Shown here piece after piece: positions 9,567 through 20,009 of a DNA stretch of 64,000 nt. The stretch is taken from assembly GCA_965240465.1 (NCBI GenBank), contig OZ251219.1:224001-288000 (forward strand), given 5' to 3'. Position 1 is the first letter of the stretch; each line of letters opens with the position of its first letter. A program made the position numbers and the translations under genes. The DNA comes from a bacterium (GTDB lineage: Bacteria > SAR324 > JACQKK01). Below the pieces are notes generated by a model that saw nothing but the letters and a program-made list of their open reading frames with translations, did no database searches and was not told where the DNA came from.

Positions 9567-10778
9567 ATGTCCAACCAAATAAAAATAGCAAGTCTGAGCA
9601 CTCTCGGAGTGACTTTGGCTCTGCTTCTAAGTACACAAGCACTCGCTCAACCGGAAATCTCTGGTATGGCGAGAACTTCTTTCGGTCAATTTGGCGTCAG
9701 TACCAAAGTGGGAAGTGATAAGGCTGAAAGTTCCTCCGGCTTTGCTGGTAGCTTCCTAGGCGGGTTGATTATTGAAGGCACAGCTGGGGCGGTCGGTTAT
9801 TCTTTCGGATTAATTGGCGAAGCCAAAAATGGTGGCACTGAGTACGGTGGTACTTACGAGAGAGATGACACTGTAGGAGTGTCAGGTGAGCTCACCTTTT
9901 CTCCCATTGAAAGCTTAACCATAGCGTTAGGAAATAGTGTAGGCGTGGGTGAGGGAAACATCACCAATGTCAGTGTCGGAGGCTACCCCATTGGAATTAA
10001 CCGACCGTCTGACTTTGGTTTCAGTGCCGGTTCTCAACTTGTGTTTCGTTTTGATGATGGTACCTTCCAAGCCGGTTTTGGATTCGGTGGTGATAAGTCA
10101 GATGAGCTGGTAGTAATAGAAAAAGCTTCAGCAGATGACGCATCTACCCCTGATGTAGACGAAACAGTTGCAGTAGTTAAAGAAGGTTCTTTAAATGAAA
10201 CACTTTACTTTGCCAATGGTAAATTACTGGATGGTGCTCTGTTTGTAGGTCTACGAGGTAACATGGTCACCGAAACCGCCACAGATGAAGAGGTAGCTAC
10301 TAAGTTAACCAATAAGACTACTAGTTCAGCCCTAGGATTTGGGGCTAAATTTACCCAAGATCTATTCTCAGTCGGTTTTGAGAGTGGCACCACCAGTGGC
10401 ACTTTGAAAATAGGTGATAAGGAAAAGCTGGATACATTTAATACTAGTATTATAGCCCTTGGAGGCTCTGTTAATGTTGGAACTGGTGTTATAGCCATTG
10501 GTTATAGTGCCGACACAACCTCCCTTGCCAAAGCTCCTAAAGGAGAAGGTGCGAAGAAAGGTGAAAAAACTGATGTGGTAACCCTGGTAGAGTATAAATT
10601 GAATCCCAACATCAATTTTGTCTTTGGTAGCCAAGCCGTTACTGATGACCTTGTTGCTGATACCTCGTTAGATACTTATGGTGCCACCAAAGATGTTGTT
10701 GTCGCTGGTGTAACGACTAGTCTCAAGTCAACAGAAACACAATCTTTCATTGGTTTGGTTCTTAAGGCTACATTCTAG
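9567..10778 (+). CDS. Putative outer-membrane beta-barrel/porin-like protein
   Basis: Sec signal (STQALA), Gly/Ser/Thr-rich alternating hydrophobic strands, C-terminal Phe. Strong AAGGAG RBS. Confidence 0.65.
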   Translation: MSNQIKIASLSTLGVTLALLLSTQALAQPEISGMARTSFGQFGVSTKVGSDKAESSSGFAGSFLGGLIIEGTAGAVGYSFGLIGEAKNGGTEYGGTYERDDTVGVSGELTFSPIESLTIALGNSVGVGEGNITNVSVGGYPIGINRPSDFGFSAGSQLVFRFDDGTFQAGFGFGGDKSDELVVIEKASADDASTPDVDETVAVVKEGSLNETLYFANGKLLDGALFVGLRGNMVTETATDEEVATKLTNKTTSSALGFGAKFTQDLFSVGFESGTTSGTLKIGDKEKLDTFNTSIIALGGSVNVGTGVIAIGYSADTTSLAKAPKGEGAKKGEKTDVVTLVEYKLNPNINFVFGSQAVTDDLVADTSLDTYGATKDVVVAGVTTSLKSTETQSFIGLVLKATF

Positions 10779-10824
10779 GATAGCTTAAAAAAGTTGCTTT
10801 TAGCAAACTGTAGCTTGACGGTTG

Positions 10825-10858
10825 AAACTCCCCATGTTACACACATGGGGAGTTTTTT
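10825..10858 (+). terminator. Rho-independent terminator
   Basis: AAACTCCCCATGT-TACAC-ACATGGGGAGTTT followed by a T run. Confidence 0.85.
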
Positions 10859-10908
10859 GTTTATGTTGACTAGAATGAATTGTCAATTACATTTTACAGG
10901 AGGACTTT

Positions 10909-12177
10909 GTGTCTAATTTTTTTAAGCTGGGATTAGGGGTTATTCTTTTTTTGCTATTAAGCACGCAAGCATTTTCCCAAGATCAGCCCCCGGCAGAAGA
11001 TTCCAGTGCTGATACAGAAGGTGAAGAGTCTTCAGAACCTCTTGAGATTAGTAGTTCTGTAAGTGTATCATATGGTCGGTTGAGTAGTACCATCAAGCCT
11101 GCTCTCAGTGGATACAGCGTTCAAGATGGGAACACATTTGGTGGTAGCTTTTCAGGCAGCTTATCTTTTAGTGGTGATACCGATTTGTTTTCTTATGGTT
11201 TTGGGCTTTCGGGTTCGTCCGGTTCGGGGACAACCAAATCTGGGGCAAACATTAGCTCTGAGAGTGGTAGCGTGTCGTTAGGCGGCTCGATAAATTTTTC
11301 TTTTGCTGAGGAATTCGGTCTTAGCATAGGCAATAGTGTTGGCAGTGGCAGTATTGTAGCAGCCAGTGTGGGTAGAGGAGGTTCTCCTGTTTCCATCAGC
11401 CATCCCTCTTCTATAGGATTATCTGGACATAGCTTCATACTAAATTATAATAGCGAACTGCTACAAGCCGGTTATGGGGTAGGTAATAGCACAGCTGCGA
11501 TACCTCTTGTAGCTGCCGATGAAAGTAATCAGGACGATACTAATGGCAATTTGACTCATGTGCTGTACTACGCCAATGCTAGCCTGCTTGATGAAAGTTT
11601 GTCATTGGGGTTCCGTTCTCGCACTTCAACCACCACAGTAGATGTTCAAAGTCAGCCCGAAAGGCCAACAAGTCCCAATAGCAATAACCTTGTCCCCGCC
11701 ATAGTTGGTCGCACCAATAGGCATGTGTCAATTAGCAATGGTTTTGATGTGCGTTTCTCCAAAGATGCCCTATCTATAGGATTTGAATCAGGGAATAACC
11801 TCAAAAGCATTGATTCAGGTGAGGGTGTTCTTAATGTAAAAGGCGACTACGAAAAAACCTCTAGTACCGCTATTGGTGCTAGCTATGGCTCATTTGCTTT
11901 TGCACAAAGTAATAGCGTAACCAAGCCTGTCACCTTTGTAGGGTTTGTAGGAGTAGGTGAAGGCAAGAAGTGGGAAAAAACTAGTATTGCCCGTACCTTA
12001 GGATATATTATCAATGACAGTACCCACGTTATCTATGGAAGCAGATCTTCTAAAGATAATTCAGACCCTGATAATGCAAATTCATTTACCGTTTACGGCT
12101 CAGCATTTATAAATGGCACAAAAGAAACAAATGAAATCTTTATTGGTGCAGTTTTCAGTGCTGGTGCTTCAAACTAA
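10909..12177 (+). CDS. Putative outer-membrane protein, paralog of upstream gene
   Basis: Shares LLLSTQA signal, EIS..S[FY]G, G[ST]F.G, GNSVG, YYAN/YFAN, GFESG and terminal FIG motifs with 9567..10778. AGGAGG RBS. Confidence 0.6.
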   Translation: MSNFFKLGLGVILFLLLSTQAFSQDQPPAEDSSADTEGEESSEPLEISSSVSVSYGRLSSTIKPALSGYSVQDGNTFGGSFSGSLSFSGDTDLFSYGFGLSGSSGSGTTKSGANISSESGSVSLGGSINFSFAEEFGLSIGNSVGSGSIVAASVGRGGSPVSISHPSSIGLSGHSFILNYNSELLQAGYGVGNSTAAIPLVAADESNQDDTNGNLTHVLYYANASLLDESLSLGFRSRTSTTTVDVQSQPERPTSPNSNNLVPAIVGRTNRHVSISNGFDVRFSKDALSIGFESGNNLKSIDSGEGVLNVKGDYEKTSSTAIGASYGSFAFAQSNSVTKPVTFVGFVGVGEGKKWEKTSIARTLGYIINDSTHVIYGSRSSKDNSDPDNANSFTVYGSAFINGTKETNEIFIGAVFSAGASN

Positions 12178-12308
12178 TTGATGGTTTGTTATTTTTCAAT
12201 AAAATGAGAAATATCCAGCAGGCAACCTTGTGTACCATCCACCTCTCTTCGGGTAGTCCCCGTGGAATGATGAGGCAATGATGGGCGGTACTCGTCTGGG
12301 ATGGCCAT

Positions 12309-13214
12309 ATGGTTGGTGTTCAAATGAGTTTGCGGAGGAGGTATCGCTTTCGGGGGATTGGCATTCATAGTGGTTTGGAGACGGAGGTAATGTTAAATCC
12401 GGCAGAGGATGATAGCGGGGTGCAATTTATTTTTAATAACCAGAGGGGATATACTAGTAGCAGGAATGACTGCGATAAAAAGTTCCCTAGGTTGAAGGCA
12501 CATTGGGATAACATTAGCGATACAAACTTAAATACCACCTTGTCTGGAGAAGCAGGTACGGTTAAGACGGTTGAGCATTTACTTTCGGCATTGGTAGGCA
12601 TGGGGGTGAATAACGTATTGATTGAGACTAGCGGAGGTGAAATTCCTGCTATGGACGGAAGTGCCCGTCCATTTGTGGAGGGTATAGCTCGGGCGGGTCG
12701 GAAGCCGGGGAAGAGTACCTTGAAATACTTGAAAGTTTTGTGTGCGGTGGAGGTAGAAGAAGGAGAGGCTGTAGCTGGACTATATCCCTCGGCTGAATTA
12801 GTTTATGATTGTAGCATTGAATTTCCTCAGGTACATATCGGTAATCAACGGGTGCGGATAAAGATGTCAGCAGAGAAGTATGCTGCAGAAATAGCCGCAG
12901 CACGTACATTTGGTTTTCAGGAGCAGTTGCAGCAGTTGAAGTTGTCGGGGCGGGGTTTAGGTGCCAGCCTGCACAATGCGATAGGTTTGGGAGTAAATGG
13001 CGAGGTATTAAACGATGATGGGCTACGCTTCCCTGATGAATTGGTACGCCATAAATTGCTGGATGCAGTGGGCGATTTATCATTGGCAGGAGGACCGCTA
13101 TTGGCAGAATATCGATCTTTTAAGCCTAATCACAAGTTACATCAGCGGCTTTTGCAGGCCTTATTTTCAGATTCTTCCAATTATCGGTGGATACTGAGGA
13201 AAGAAATCTACTAG
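12309..13214 (+). CDS. lpxC: UDP-3-O-acyl-N-acetylglucosamine deacetylase
   Basis: GIGIHSG, TVEHLLSAL, EIPAMDGSA, ARTFGF and HKLLDAVGDL. Confidence 0.96.
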   Translation: MVGVQMSLRRRYRFRGIGIHSGLETEVMLNPAEDDSGVQFIFNNQRGYTSSRNDCDKKFPRLKAHWDNISDTNLNTTLSGEAGTVKTVEHLLSALVGMGVNNVLIETSGGEIPAMDGSARPFVEGIARAGRKPGKSTLKYLKVLCAVEVEEGEAVAGLYPSAELVYDCSIEFPQVHIGNQRVRIKMSAEKYAAEIAAARTFGFQEQLQQLKLSGRGLGASLHNAIGLGVNGEVLNDDGLRFPDELVRHKLLDAVGDLSLAGGPLLAEYRSFKPNHKLHQRLLQALFSDSSNYRWILRKEIY

Positions 13215-13336
13215 GTGTTTTTAGGGTCTGTAGCAAATAAGGCGATAAGAAGCAGGTTCTCTTAGAGGATAGACGTAGGTCACAATGATGATATGGTTGT
13301 ACTTTGTTTTAGCTTATAAAGAAGGAATCCTGACGA

Positions 13337-14089
13337 GTGAACTGGCGTAAATTGATTACCCTTATTATATCCGTAGATGAGGGGCGTTCATTTTATTGGA
13401 GTTTGCCTTGCTGGCGATTGTTGCTGTGGGCATCAATGGGTGCGTTTTGTTTGGGATTGTTATTGTTTGTTTCTATTGATTATTTGTTTGCCCATGGTCG
13501 TCTGAATAACCTACAGGCACAATTAGCAGATATTACCAAGCAGGCACAAGCATTTGAGAAACGGTTGTTTTTTGCAGATAAGCGGAATTTTGAGAGTTCT
13601 TATTCACCCCCAGCTGTAGAGGGAGATGAAGATTATCAGCTACCCTTGTCCTTGAAGAGTGCTCGTGCTTGGGTTGGCAGTAATACAGTGGAGTTAGATT
13701 TTGTTCTACAGTTGAGATCTACAGGATCTTCTTACGGAGGAGATTCATTGAGTAATGTTCCTTCTCCTTTGAGTGGTACCATGGTGGCAGTGCTAGCTAA
13801 CGAGGATGAAACTCCGGTGCAGTATTTAAGTATTCCAAGAATGAATGTAACTGAGCGTGGATTTCCAAGTAATCGTTTTGCTGGTATTCATTTTTATCAG
13901 GTGCGTAGAAAGTTACATTTTCGCCGCAGAGTATCATTGTCTGTGAATAGAGATTATTTTACTCATGTTTTGCTATATGTTTTTTCCTCGCGAGGAGGCA
14001 TTATCTGGCATCAGCGTTTTAAGATGGAGCGAGAATGGTTTGCACGCCCCATAGAACACGAGCCACATCCACTTGTGTCTACTTTTTGA
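13337..14089 (+). CDS. Hypothetical membrane-anchored protein (TM helix + coiled coil)
   Basis: 250-aa ORF with one hydrophobic segment followed by a helical segment. AAGGA upstream. Confidence 0.6.
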   Translation: MNWRKLITLIISVDEGRSFYWSLPCWRLLLWASMGAFCLGLLLFVSIDYLFAHGRLNNLQAQLADITKQAQAFEKRLFFADKRNFESSYSPPAVEGDEDYQLPLSLKSARAWVGSNTVELDFVLQLRSTGSSYGGDSLSNVPSPLSGTMVAVLANEDETPVQYLSIPRMNVTERGFPSNRFAGIHFYQVRRKLHFRRRVSLSVNRDYFTHVLLYVFSSRGGIIWHQRFKMEREWFARPIEHEPHPLVSTF

Positions 14090-14105
14090 GATAGTAACAA
14101 CGAGC

Positions 14106-14146
14106 AAGATTTTTCAGTGCTAAGATTTTTTAGTGCTAAGATTTTT
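14106..14146. repeat. Intergenic 16-bp tandem repeat (~2.5 copies)
   Basis: AAGATTTTTCAGTGCT AAGATTTTTTAGTGCT AAGATTTTT. Confidence 0.8.
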
Positions 14147-14272
14147 ATGAACAAGAAGACCATCAAATCATTTATAATGAGGAGATAATTGGTGAAAAAT
14201 TTGTGATTAAAGGGTCTAAGAGAATAACAATATTGATTATTAAGGTCTTATTTTAAGAAGAAAGTATACCCA

Positions 14273-14701
14273 ATGTTTTGGCGGAAATGGATAAAATCAG
14301 ATCAAGGGAATATCAGCTTATTAGGTAAGGATACTAAACTGGTGGGCGACATTTGCTTTTCTGGCACTTTGCGTATTGAAGGGAAGGTGTATGGATCAGT
14401 AAAAGGCGATGGCCAATCTACCGCCAACTTGATGCTAAATCACCAAGCCCGAGTACAAGGCCCGGTACGGGTGGATAACATCAAAATAGGTGGCTTCTTA
14501 AATGGCAATGTTCATGCCTCTCAGAGAGTGGAAGTGTTACCATCTGGTTGTTTGGATGGAAATGTTTATACTACTGATTTTGTAATTCAAAAAGGCGGTC
14601 AATTTAAGGGTACTTGTTATAAGTATTCCAATATTAAAAAACCCTTGTTCACAAAAAATAAGGTGCTTCGTCCAAAATCATCTGTTCGTAAATTATCCTA
14701 A
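14273..14701 (+). CDS. Bactofilin (polymer-forming cytoskeletal protein)
   Basis: GDICFSGTLRIEGKVYG...GNVHASQRVEV...IQKGGQFKG beta-helix pattern. Confidence 0.88.
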   Translation: MFWRKWIKSDQGNISLLGKDTKLVGDICFSGTLRIEGKVYGSVKGDGQSTANLMLNHQARVQGPVRVDNIKIGGFLNGNVHASQRVEVLPSGCLDGNVYTTDFVIQKGGQFKGTCYKYSNIKKPLFTKNKVLRPKSSVRKLS

Positions 14702-14895
14702 CTACCCCATCCCAGAGACTCTTGATTGGCTACTACAAAAAAATTACAGGGTGCTAAAACACCAGCCTTGCCATTATTTTTCACTAAACATGCTTGACAT
14801 AGAGCTACTAATTTTTCCACACTTTGGGGATACTTGCAGAAAACAGGTCGTATTTACACATAACCTACGGTGCTACCCTGATCGAAGGACATATT

Positions 14896-16017
14896 TTGAA
14901 ATCATTTGTTCATTCTATTAAACATTTTTTATCTCATTGGCTCTGGCAACGATGTTTGTTCATAGGGTTAATGTTGCTGGGATTATTTTCCTTGGCAGGT
15001 TGTGATAAATCTTCTTCCACCAGACAATCTACTGAGCAAATACGCTGGAAGCTAGCTGCTGCCTATCCTTCCACCCTGCCTGTCTTAGGGGAGGGGGCCA
15101 CCTATTATGTAGAAAGAGTGCGTACCATTACTCAGGGACGGTTGGACATTAAATTATTTGAGCCTAATAAATTGGTACCCCCTTTAGAGATGTTTGATGC
15201 TGTAAGTAAAGGCTCCATTGATGCTGCTTGGTCTGCCCCAGGTTATTGGACCGGCAAGATTCCTGCGGCTGCACTTTTTGCGGCAGTGCCATTTGGTCCT
15301 GATGTTACCGAGTACCTGACCTGGATTTACCAAGGCGGAGGACTAAAATTGTGGCGTGAAATATATGGTCGCAGCAATGTCGTGCCTATTCCCTGCGGGT
15401 TGCTTCCACCTGAAGCTTCAGGATGGTTTCGGAAGCCAATTGTTTCTCCTCAGGATTTTAAGGGGATGAAAATTCGTTTTTATGGATTGGGTGGATCGGT
15501 ATTGGAAAAACTAGGAGCTTCGGTACAATTGCTACCTGTAGCAGAAACCTACCCTGCCTTGGAAAGCGGTCTTCTGGATGCTGCAGAGTTATCCATGCCT
15601 AGCATTGATGACAAGCTCGGATTCGCTAAGATAGCGAAATATTACTATTTTCCGGGTTGGCATCAACAGGCTTCTTTTTTGGAATTGTTGATAGCTAAAC
15701 CACGTTGGAAAGAATTGTCTACCGCTGATAAGAGCCTGCTGGAGAGTGTCTGTCGGGATACCATTGTGGAACATGTAGTACTAGGAGAATCTCAGCAAGG
15801 TAGTGCTTTGCGTAAGCTAGAGAGTCAAGGAGTAACTATTAATCGTTGGAATAATGAAATTCTAACTGCGTTCCGTGGTGCTTGGCAAAAAGTAGTAAAA
15901 GAACAAAGTGCAAAAGATAAAGATTTTCGCCGCGTTTATAAGTCTTACCAAACATTCCGGAATGATTACGCTCGCTGGGCAGATTTATCACGCTTGCCTG
16001 CTAAAAGTAGCCAGTAG
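14896..16017 (+). CDS. dctP: TRAP transporter substrate-binding lipoprotein (DctP/TakP-like)
   Basis: Lipobox LAGC, FDAVSKG, GYWTGKIPA, GMKIRFYGLG and YYFPGWHQ. Start TTG 14896 after AAGGA (the ORF extends to 14824). Confidence 0.9.
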   Translation: MKSFVHSIKHFLSHWLWQRCLFIGLMLLGLFSLAGCDKSSSTRQSTEQIRWKLAAAYPSTLPVLGEGATYYVERVRTITQGRLDIKLFEPNKLVPPLEMFDAVSKGSIDAAWSAPGYWTGKIPAAALFAAVPFGPDVTEYLTWIYQGGGLKLWREIYGRSNVVPIPCGLLPPEASGWFRKPIVSPQDFKGMKIRFYGLGGSVLEKLGASVQLLPVAETYPALESGLLDAAELSMPSIDDKLGFAKIAKYYYFPGWHQQASFLELLIAKPRWKELSTADKSLLESVCRDTIVEHVVLGESQQGSALRKLESQGVTINRWNNEILTAFRGAWQKVVKEQSAKDKDFRRVYKSYQTFRNDYARWADLSRLPAKSSQ

Positions 16018-16114
16018 CTAACTGAGCCACGGCTACATCCGTACCTGATACTGCCTAGGTGCGGTTGCTCCTCCTTCGGTGTTGGATCAGATAGGCTTAC
16101 TCTTCGGGAAAAAC

Positions 16115-16687
16115 ATGCCTAAATTGATATCTCGGCAGTGTGTTGCCAATCGTTTGGAAAAGTGGTGTTCCCTAGTAGGTAAGAAAGCAGCTTGGCTTTA
16201 TTTGTTGGTAGTTTTAGTGATTGTGTGGGATGTCATTACCAGACGGTTGTTGGATCGGGGTTCGGTGTTATTGCAGGAGTTGGAGTGGCATGTTCATTCG
16301 GTGGTTTTTTTGGCTTGTTTGGCATGGACCTATGGACGTGATGAACACATTCGGTTAGATTTGCTTCGCCCCTTTATGAGTACCAGATTGAAGGCCCAAA
16401 TAGAATTATGGGGCTGTCTACTGCTACTATTGCCCTGGAGCATTTGGACCACGGTATGGGGATGGCAATTTGTGGCTGCCTCTTTTAACATTGGCGAGCG
16501 TTCTAATGCTCCCAGCGGATTAGGTGCTCGTTGGCTGATAAAATCTGCTTTGCCACTGGGGATGATGCTGTTGACACTGCAGGGCTGGGCTCAAGTATTA
16601 CGACTGCTTACCTTATTGTTTCCTAGGTTGGCCACCGCACCTCCAAATATGTCTGTTTCTCAACAACCATCTTCTTTTGATCGCTAA
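16115..16687 (+). CDS. dctQ: TRAP transporter small permease
   Basis: LQELEWH, EHIRLD and GERSNAPSGL..RWLIK. Lies between dctP and dctM. Confidence 0.88.
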   Translation: MPKLISRQCVANRLEKWCSLVGKKAAWLYLLVVLVIVWDVITRRLLDRGSVLLQELEWHVHSVVFLACLAWTYGRDEHIRLDLLRPFMSTRLKAQIELWGCLLLLLPWSIWTTVWGWQFVAASFNIGERSNAPSGLGARWLIKSALPLGMMLLTLQGWAQVLRLLTLLFPRLATAPPNMSVSQQPSSFDR

Positions 16688-18045
16688 TGACATGGCTTGA
16701 TTCGCTCGCTTTGCTGATGTTTCCTCTGCTGGCGTTTGGATTATTAAGTGGTTATCCAGTAGCTTTTGTGCTGGCAGGCATAGCCATGTTTGGAGGTCTG
16801 TTGGGTATGGGATTGGGATCTTTTCAAGCAGCAGAGTTTTACAACATAGTGTTGCGTAGTTGGGGAGTTGCTTCCAATCCCTTGTTAATATCCATTCCTA
16901 TGTTTGTTTTGATGGGGGTCACCCTAGAACATACTAAGATGGCAGAAGAATTACTGGAGAATTTGTCCAGTTGCCTAAGGCGTGTTCCGGGGGGATTAGC
17001 CATAGCAGTGGTAGTTATGGGAACCGTGACAGCTGCTGCCACGGGAATTATTGCGGCGTCAGTGGTTATGATGGGTCTGGTGGCCCTACGTCCGATGTTA
17101 AAACAGGGGTATCAGAAGGAATTTGCCTGCGGTACTGTTTGTGCATCTTCCACTCTGGGGATTCTCATTCCGCCCAGCATTATGCTGATACTAATGGGGC
17201 ATTTGCTTTCCCTGCCTGTTGGTGATTTGTTTTTAGGAGCTATTATTCCGGGCTTATTGCTATCATTTTTGTATGTAGGATATATTTTGCTACGTTGTAC
17301 CATGCAGCCTCAGTTAGCACCTGCCACCACGGAAAAACATAAGGAATGGTCTTGGCGAGCTATTGCTTCTCTGGTGAGGGTTTTGCTGCCAATAACATTA
17401 TTAGTGTTTTTGGTGTTAGGCAGTATTTTTAATGGTTGGGCTACTGCCACCGAAGCCTCTGGTGTGGGAGCAGCAGGGGCATTATTACTAGCGACATTAA
17501 AAAAATCTCTATCTTTGAAAGTACTCAAGAATATTGTGGAACGCAGTGCTCTGATCACGGCAAAAGCGTTCGCGATTATTTTAGGAGCGACTGCGTTTGC
17601 TTATGTTTTTCGTTCTTTGGGAGGGGAAGAATCCATAGAAAGCTTGTTGCTGGCACTTCCTTTTGACGGTTGGGGGTTACTAATTATCTTAATGGGATTG
17701 ATTTTCCTACTGGGATTTTTCTTTGATTGGATAGAGATTGTGCTGATTATTCTACCTTTATTTGCTCCACTGGCTGCCCAGCTGCCATTGGGATTGGGTA
17801 TTGATTCACAACAGCAAGTTTTGTGGTTTGCAATTTTGGTATCCATTAATTTGCAGACTTCCTTTTTAACGCCTCCATTTGGTTTTGCTCTGTTTTATCT
17901 AAAGGGCAGTGCTCCACCAGAAATATCATCAGTTCACATTTATCGTGGTATCATTCCCTTTGTGCTATTGCAATTATTAGGCTTAGGCCTAGTGATGCTA
18001 TTTCCTTCCCTGGCCTTGTGGTTACCTGCTCAAGTCAATTCTTAG
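16687..18045 (+). CDS. dctM: TRAP transporter large permease
   Basis: GYPVAF, TLGILIPPSI and NLQTSFLTPPFG. Confidence 0.93.
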   Translation: MTWLDSLALLMFPLLAFGLLSGYPVAFVLAGIAMFGGLLGMGLGSFQAAEFYNIVLRSWGVASNPLLISIPMFVLMGVTLEHTKMAEELLENLSSCLRRVPGGLAIAVVVMGTVTAAATGIIAASVVMMGLVALRPMLKQGYQKEFACGTVCASSTLGILIPPSIMLILMGHLLSLPVGDLFLGAIIPGLLLSFLYVGYILLRCTMQPQLAPATTEKHKEWSWRAIASLVRVLLPITLLVFLVLGSIFNGWATATEASGVGAAGALLLATLKKSLSLKVLKNIVERSALITAKAFAIILGATAFAYVFRSLGGEESIESLLLALPFDGWGLLIILMGLIFLLGFFFDWIEIVLIILPLFAPLAAQLPLGLGIDSQQQVLWFAILVSINLQTSFLTPPFGFALFYLKGSAPPEISSVHIYRGIIPFVLLQLLGLGLVMLFPSLALWLPAQVNS

Positions 18046-19697
18046 GTATTGCCCAAGCGAGCTGCTCTCATCAGGGATACCCCTAGTGCATTTGCTGTTG
18101 TGATTTTTTGCCCGGTATCTTGATGAAGACCGTTACGCCAATGTTCTAGCAATTGTTGTGATAATACCTTTCCTAATTGTACTCCTTCTTGGTCAAATGA
18201 GTTGATATTCCACAAAAAGCCTTGAAAAACCACCTTGTGTTCATAAAAGGCTAGCAATGCTCCCATCACATATGGTGTCAGGCGGTCTGCCAACAGTAGC
18301 CAGCTAGGACGATTGCCGGGGAAAACTCGGTTTGGATTGTCGCTTTTTTGTCCTGAAGCGAGTGCCAGTACCTGTGCCAATAAATGGGCTAGCAGCTTCT
18401 GCTGGCTGGAAACACCACTTATTTTTGCGTCTTCGTGACACTGGGATTGGCGAAAGCCTATAAATTCACACGGTACAATTGATTCGCTCTGATGAATCAT
18501 CTGGTAGAAAGCGTGCTGTCCGTTGCTGCCTGGTTCTCCCCATACTACTGGTACGGTGGTAAAATCCACTTCCTTTCCAGTACGACTGATTCGTTTGCCA
18601 TTACTTTCCATTTCCAATTGTTGAAGATGAGCCGTAAATCTAATCAGGGACTCGCTGTATGGGAGTACTGCTACGGTTTCCATCCCCAATCCATTGCGAT
18701 TCCAAATCCCCAATAAGGCTGCCGTCAGCGGCAGATTTTTCTTAGGTTCAGCGGTATAAGCATGCAAATCCATCTCACGTGCCCCGCGTAGAATCTGCTT
18801 GAAATTTTCCATTCCCAATCCAAAACCCAAGCTCACCCCTCCCACCATGGAAGTAACACTAAAACGACCCCCCACATAATCAAACATTTCAAATGTTTCC
18901 AAGTAATCACCGCGACCCTCCATAGGGCTGCCTTTTCCGGTAACGCAGATAAAATGCCGCTGATCTTCTAAACCTTGTGCCTTAAAATAAGAGCGTGCCC
19001 TTAATTCATTAGTTAGGGTTTCCATTGTATTTCCACTCTTAGAAACCACGTTCACTAAGGTCCGAGATAAATTCAATCCCCTAAGTACCACCACCAATGC
19101 ATCTGGATCAACATTAGACACATAATGTACTCGCCTTTCCCGAATTCCAAATGTTTGCAAGGCTAAGTACATTGCCTTAGCACCTAAATCAGACCCTCCA
19201 ATGCCAATATTAACTAGATCGGTAAATGGCTGTTGTTCTTGATTAATCAATACCTTATCGTCTAGCTTTTTTAGAAAGGAATCCAATTTATCAAATTGTA
19301 CCCGGGCATCTAGCTGTGCTTGAGAGGTCTTTTCCATATCCTCTGGCCAAGTCAGATCATCAAACACCTGACGACTAGCTGTGTGTAGTACCTGACGATT
19401 TTCACTTTCTACCCCCGCAATTGTATTCATCACTTCCCCTGCTACCATCTGTTTAAATTGCTGCTGTATATTTGTTTGGCACGCCAAATTATACAATTCG
19501 CCCATTACAATTTCATCTACCCGCTGAGTACCATACAAAAAATCAAACCCGCAGGCTTGCAATCGCATACTCCCTATCCGTTGTGGAGTGAGAACCTGGC
19601 TGTCAGTCAAATCTACAGGCCGACCCGCCAATCTCTGCAAGGTCTTCCAAGCAGAGACATCCTTGAAACATTTATAATTAGATATTACTGCAGACAT
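18042..19697 (-). CDS. pgi: Glucose-6-phosphate isomerase
   Basis: IGIGGSDLG, VGGRFSV, QQLEMESNGK and SFDQEGVQLGK. Confidence 0.96.
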   Translation of the reverse strand: MSAVISNYKCFKDVSAWKTLQRLAGRPVDLTDSQVLTPQRIGSMRLQACGFDFLYGTQRVDEIVMGELYNLACQTNIQQQFKQMVAGEVMNTIAGVESENRQVLHTASRQVFDDLTWPEDMEKTSQAQLDARVQFDKLDSFLKKLDDKVLINQEQQPFTDLVNIGIGGSDLGAKAMYLALQTFGIRERRVHYVSNVDPDALVVVLRGLNLSRTLVNVVSKSGNTMETLTNELRARSYFKAQGLEDQRHFICVTGKGSPMEGRGDYLETFEMFDYVGGRFSVTSMVGGVSLGFGLGMENFKQILRGAREMDLHAYTAEPKKNLPLTAALLGIWNRNGLGMETVAVLPYSESLIRFTAHLQQLEMESNGKRISRTGKEVDFTTVPVVWGEPGSNGQHAFYQMIHQSESIVPCEFIGFRQSQCHEDAKISGVSSQQKLLAHLLAQVLALASGQKSDNPNRVFPGNRPSWLLLADRLTPYVMGALLAFYEHKVVFQGFLWNINSFDQEGVQLGKVLSQQLLEHWRNGLHQDTGQKITTANALGVSLMRAARLGNT

Positions 19698-20009
19698 AAT
19701 TTTTTATTTATTAGCACCCATGTTATTTATCCCTCAAACGTATATCTATTATAGCCCAATGATAAAAATTAAAGTACGTACTAAAAAAACATCAATGTTT
19801 CCCTCACTAAAAAGGATTTCTTGCTTATTACTATCAAAAAATTATACAATAAGGTCACCAGTAGTACTGGGTTAGAATTCCCTTATAGAGTATTCTTGGG
19901 GTACTGGCTTTATAGTTGCATGAGAATTGTTAATTATTCCTTACAATTTCATAAGCTATAACGGCATTCTTTAGGATGTAGAACACCGCTCTATCATTTT
20001 ATTTATCAG

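Noticed and set aside
19858-19908. CCAGTA-G-TACTGG palindrome in the pgi/RSH divergent region
   Set aside because: It is a single short palindrome with no second instance or recognisable RNA family, so there is not enough support.
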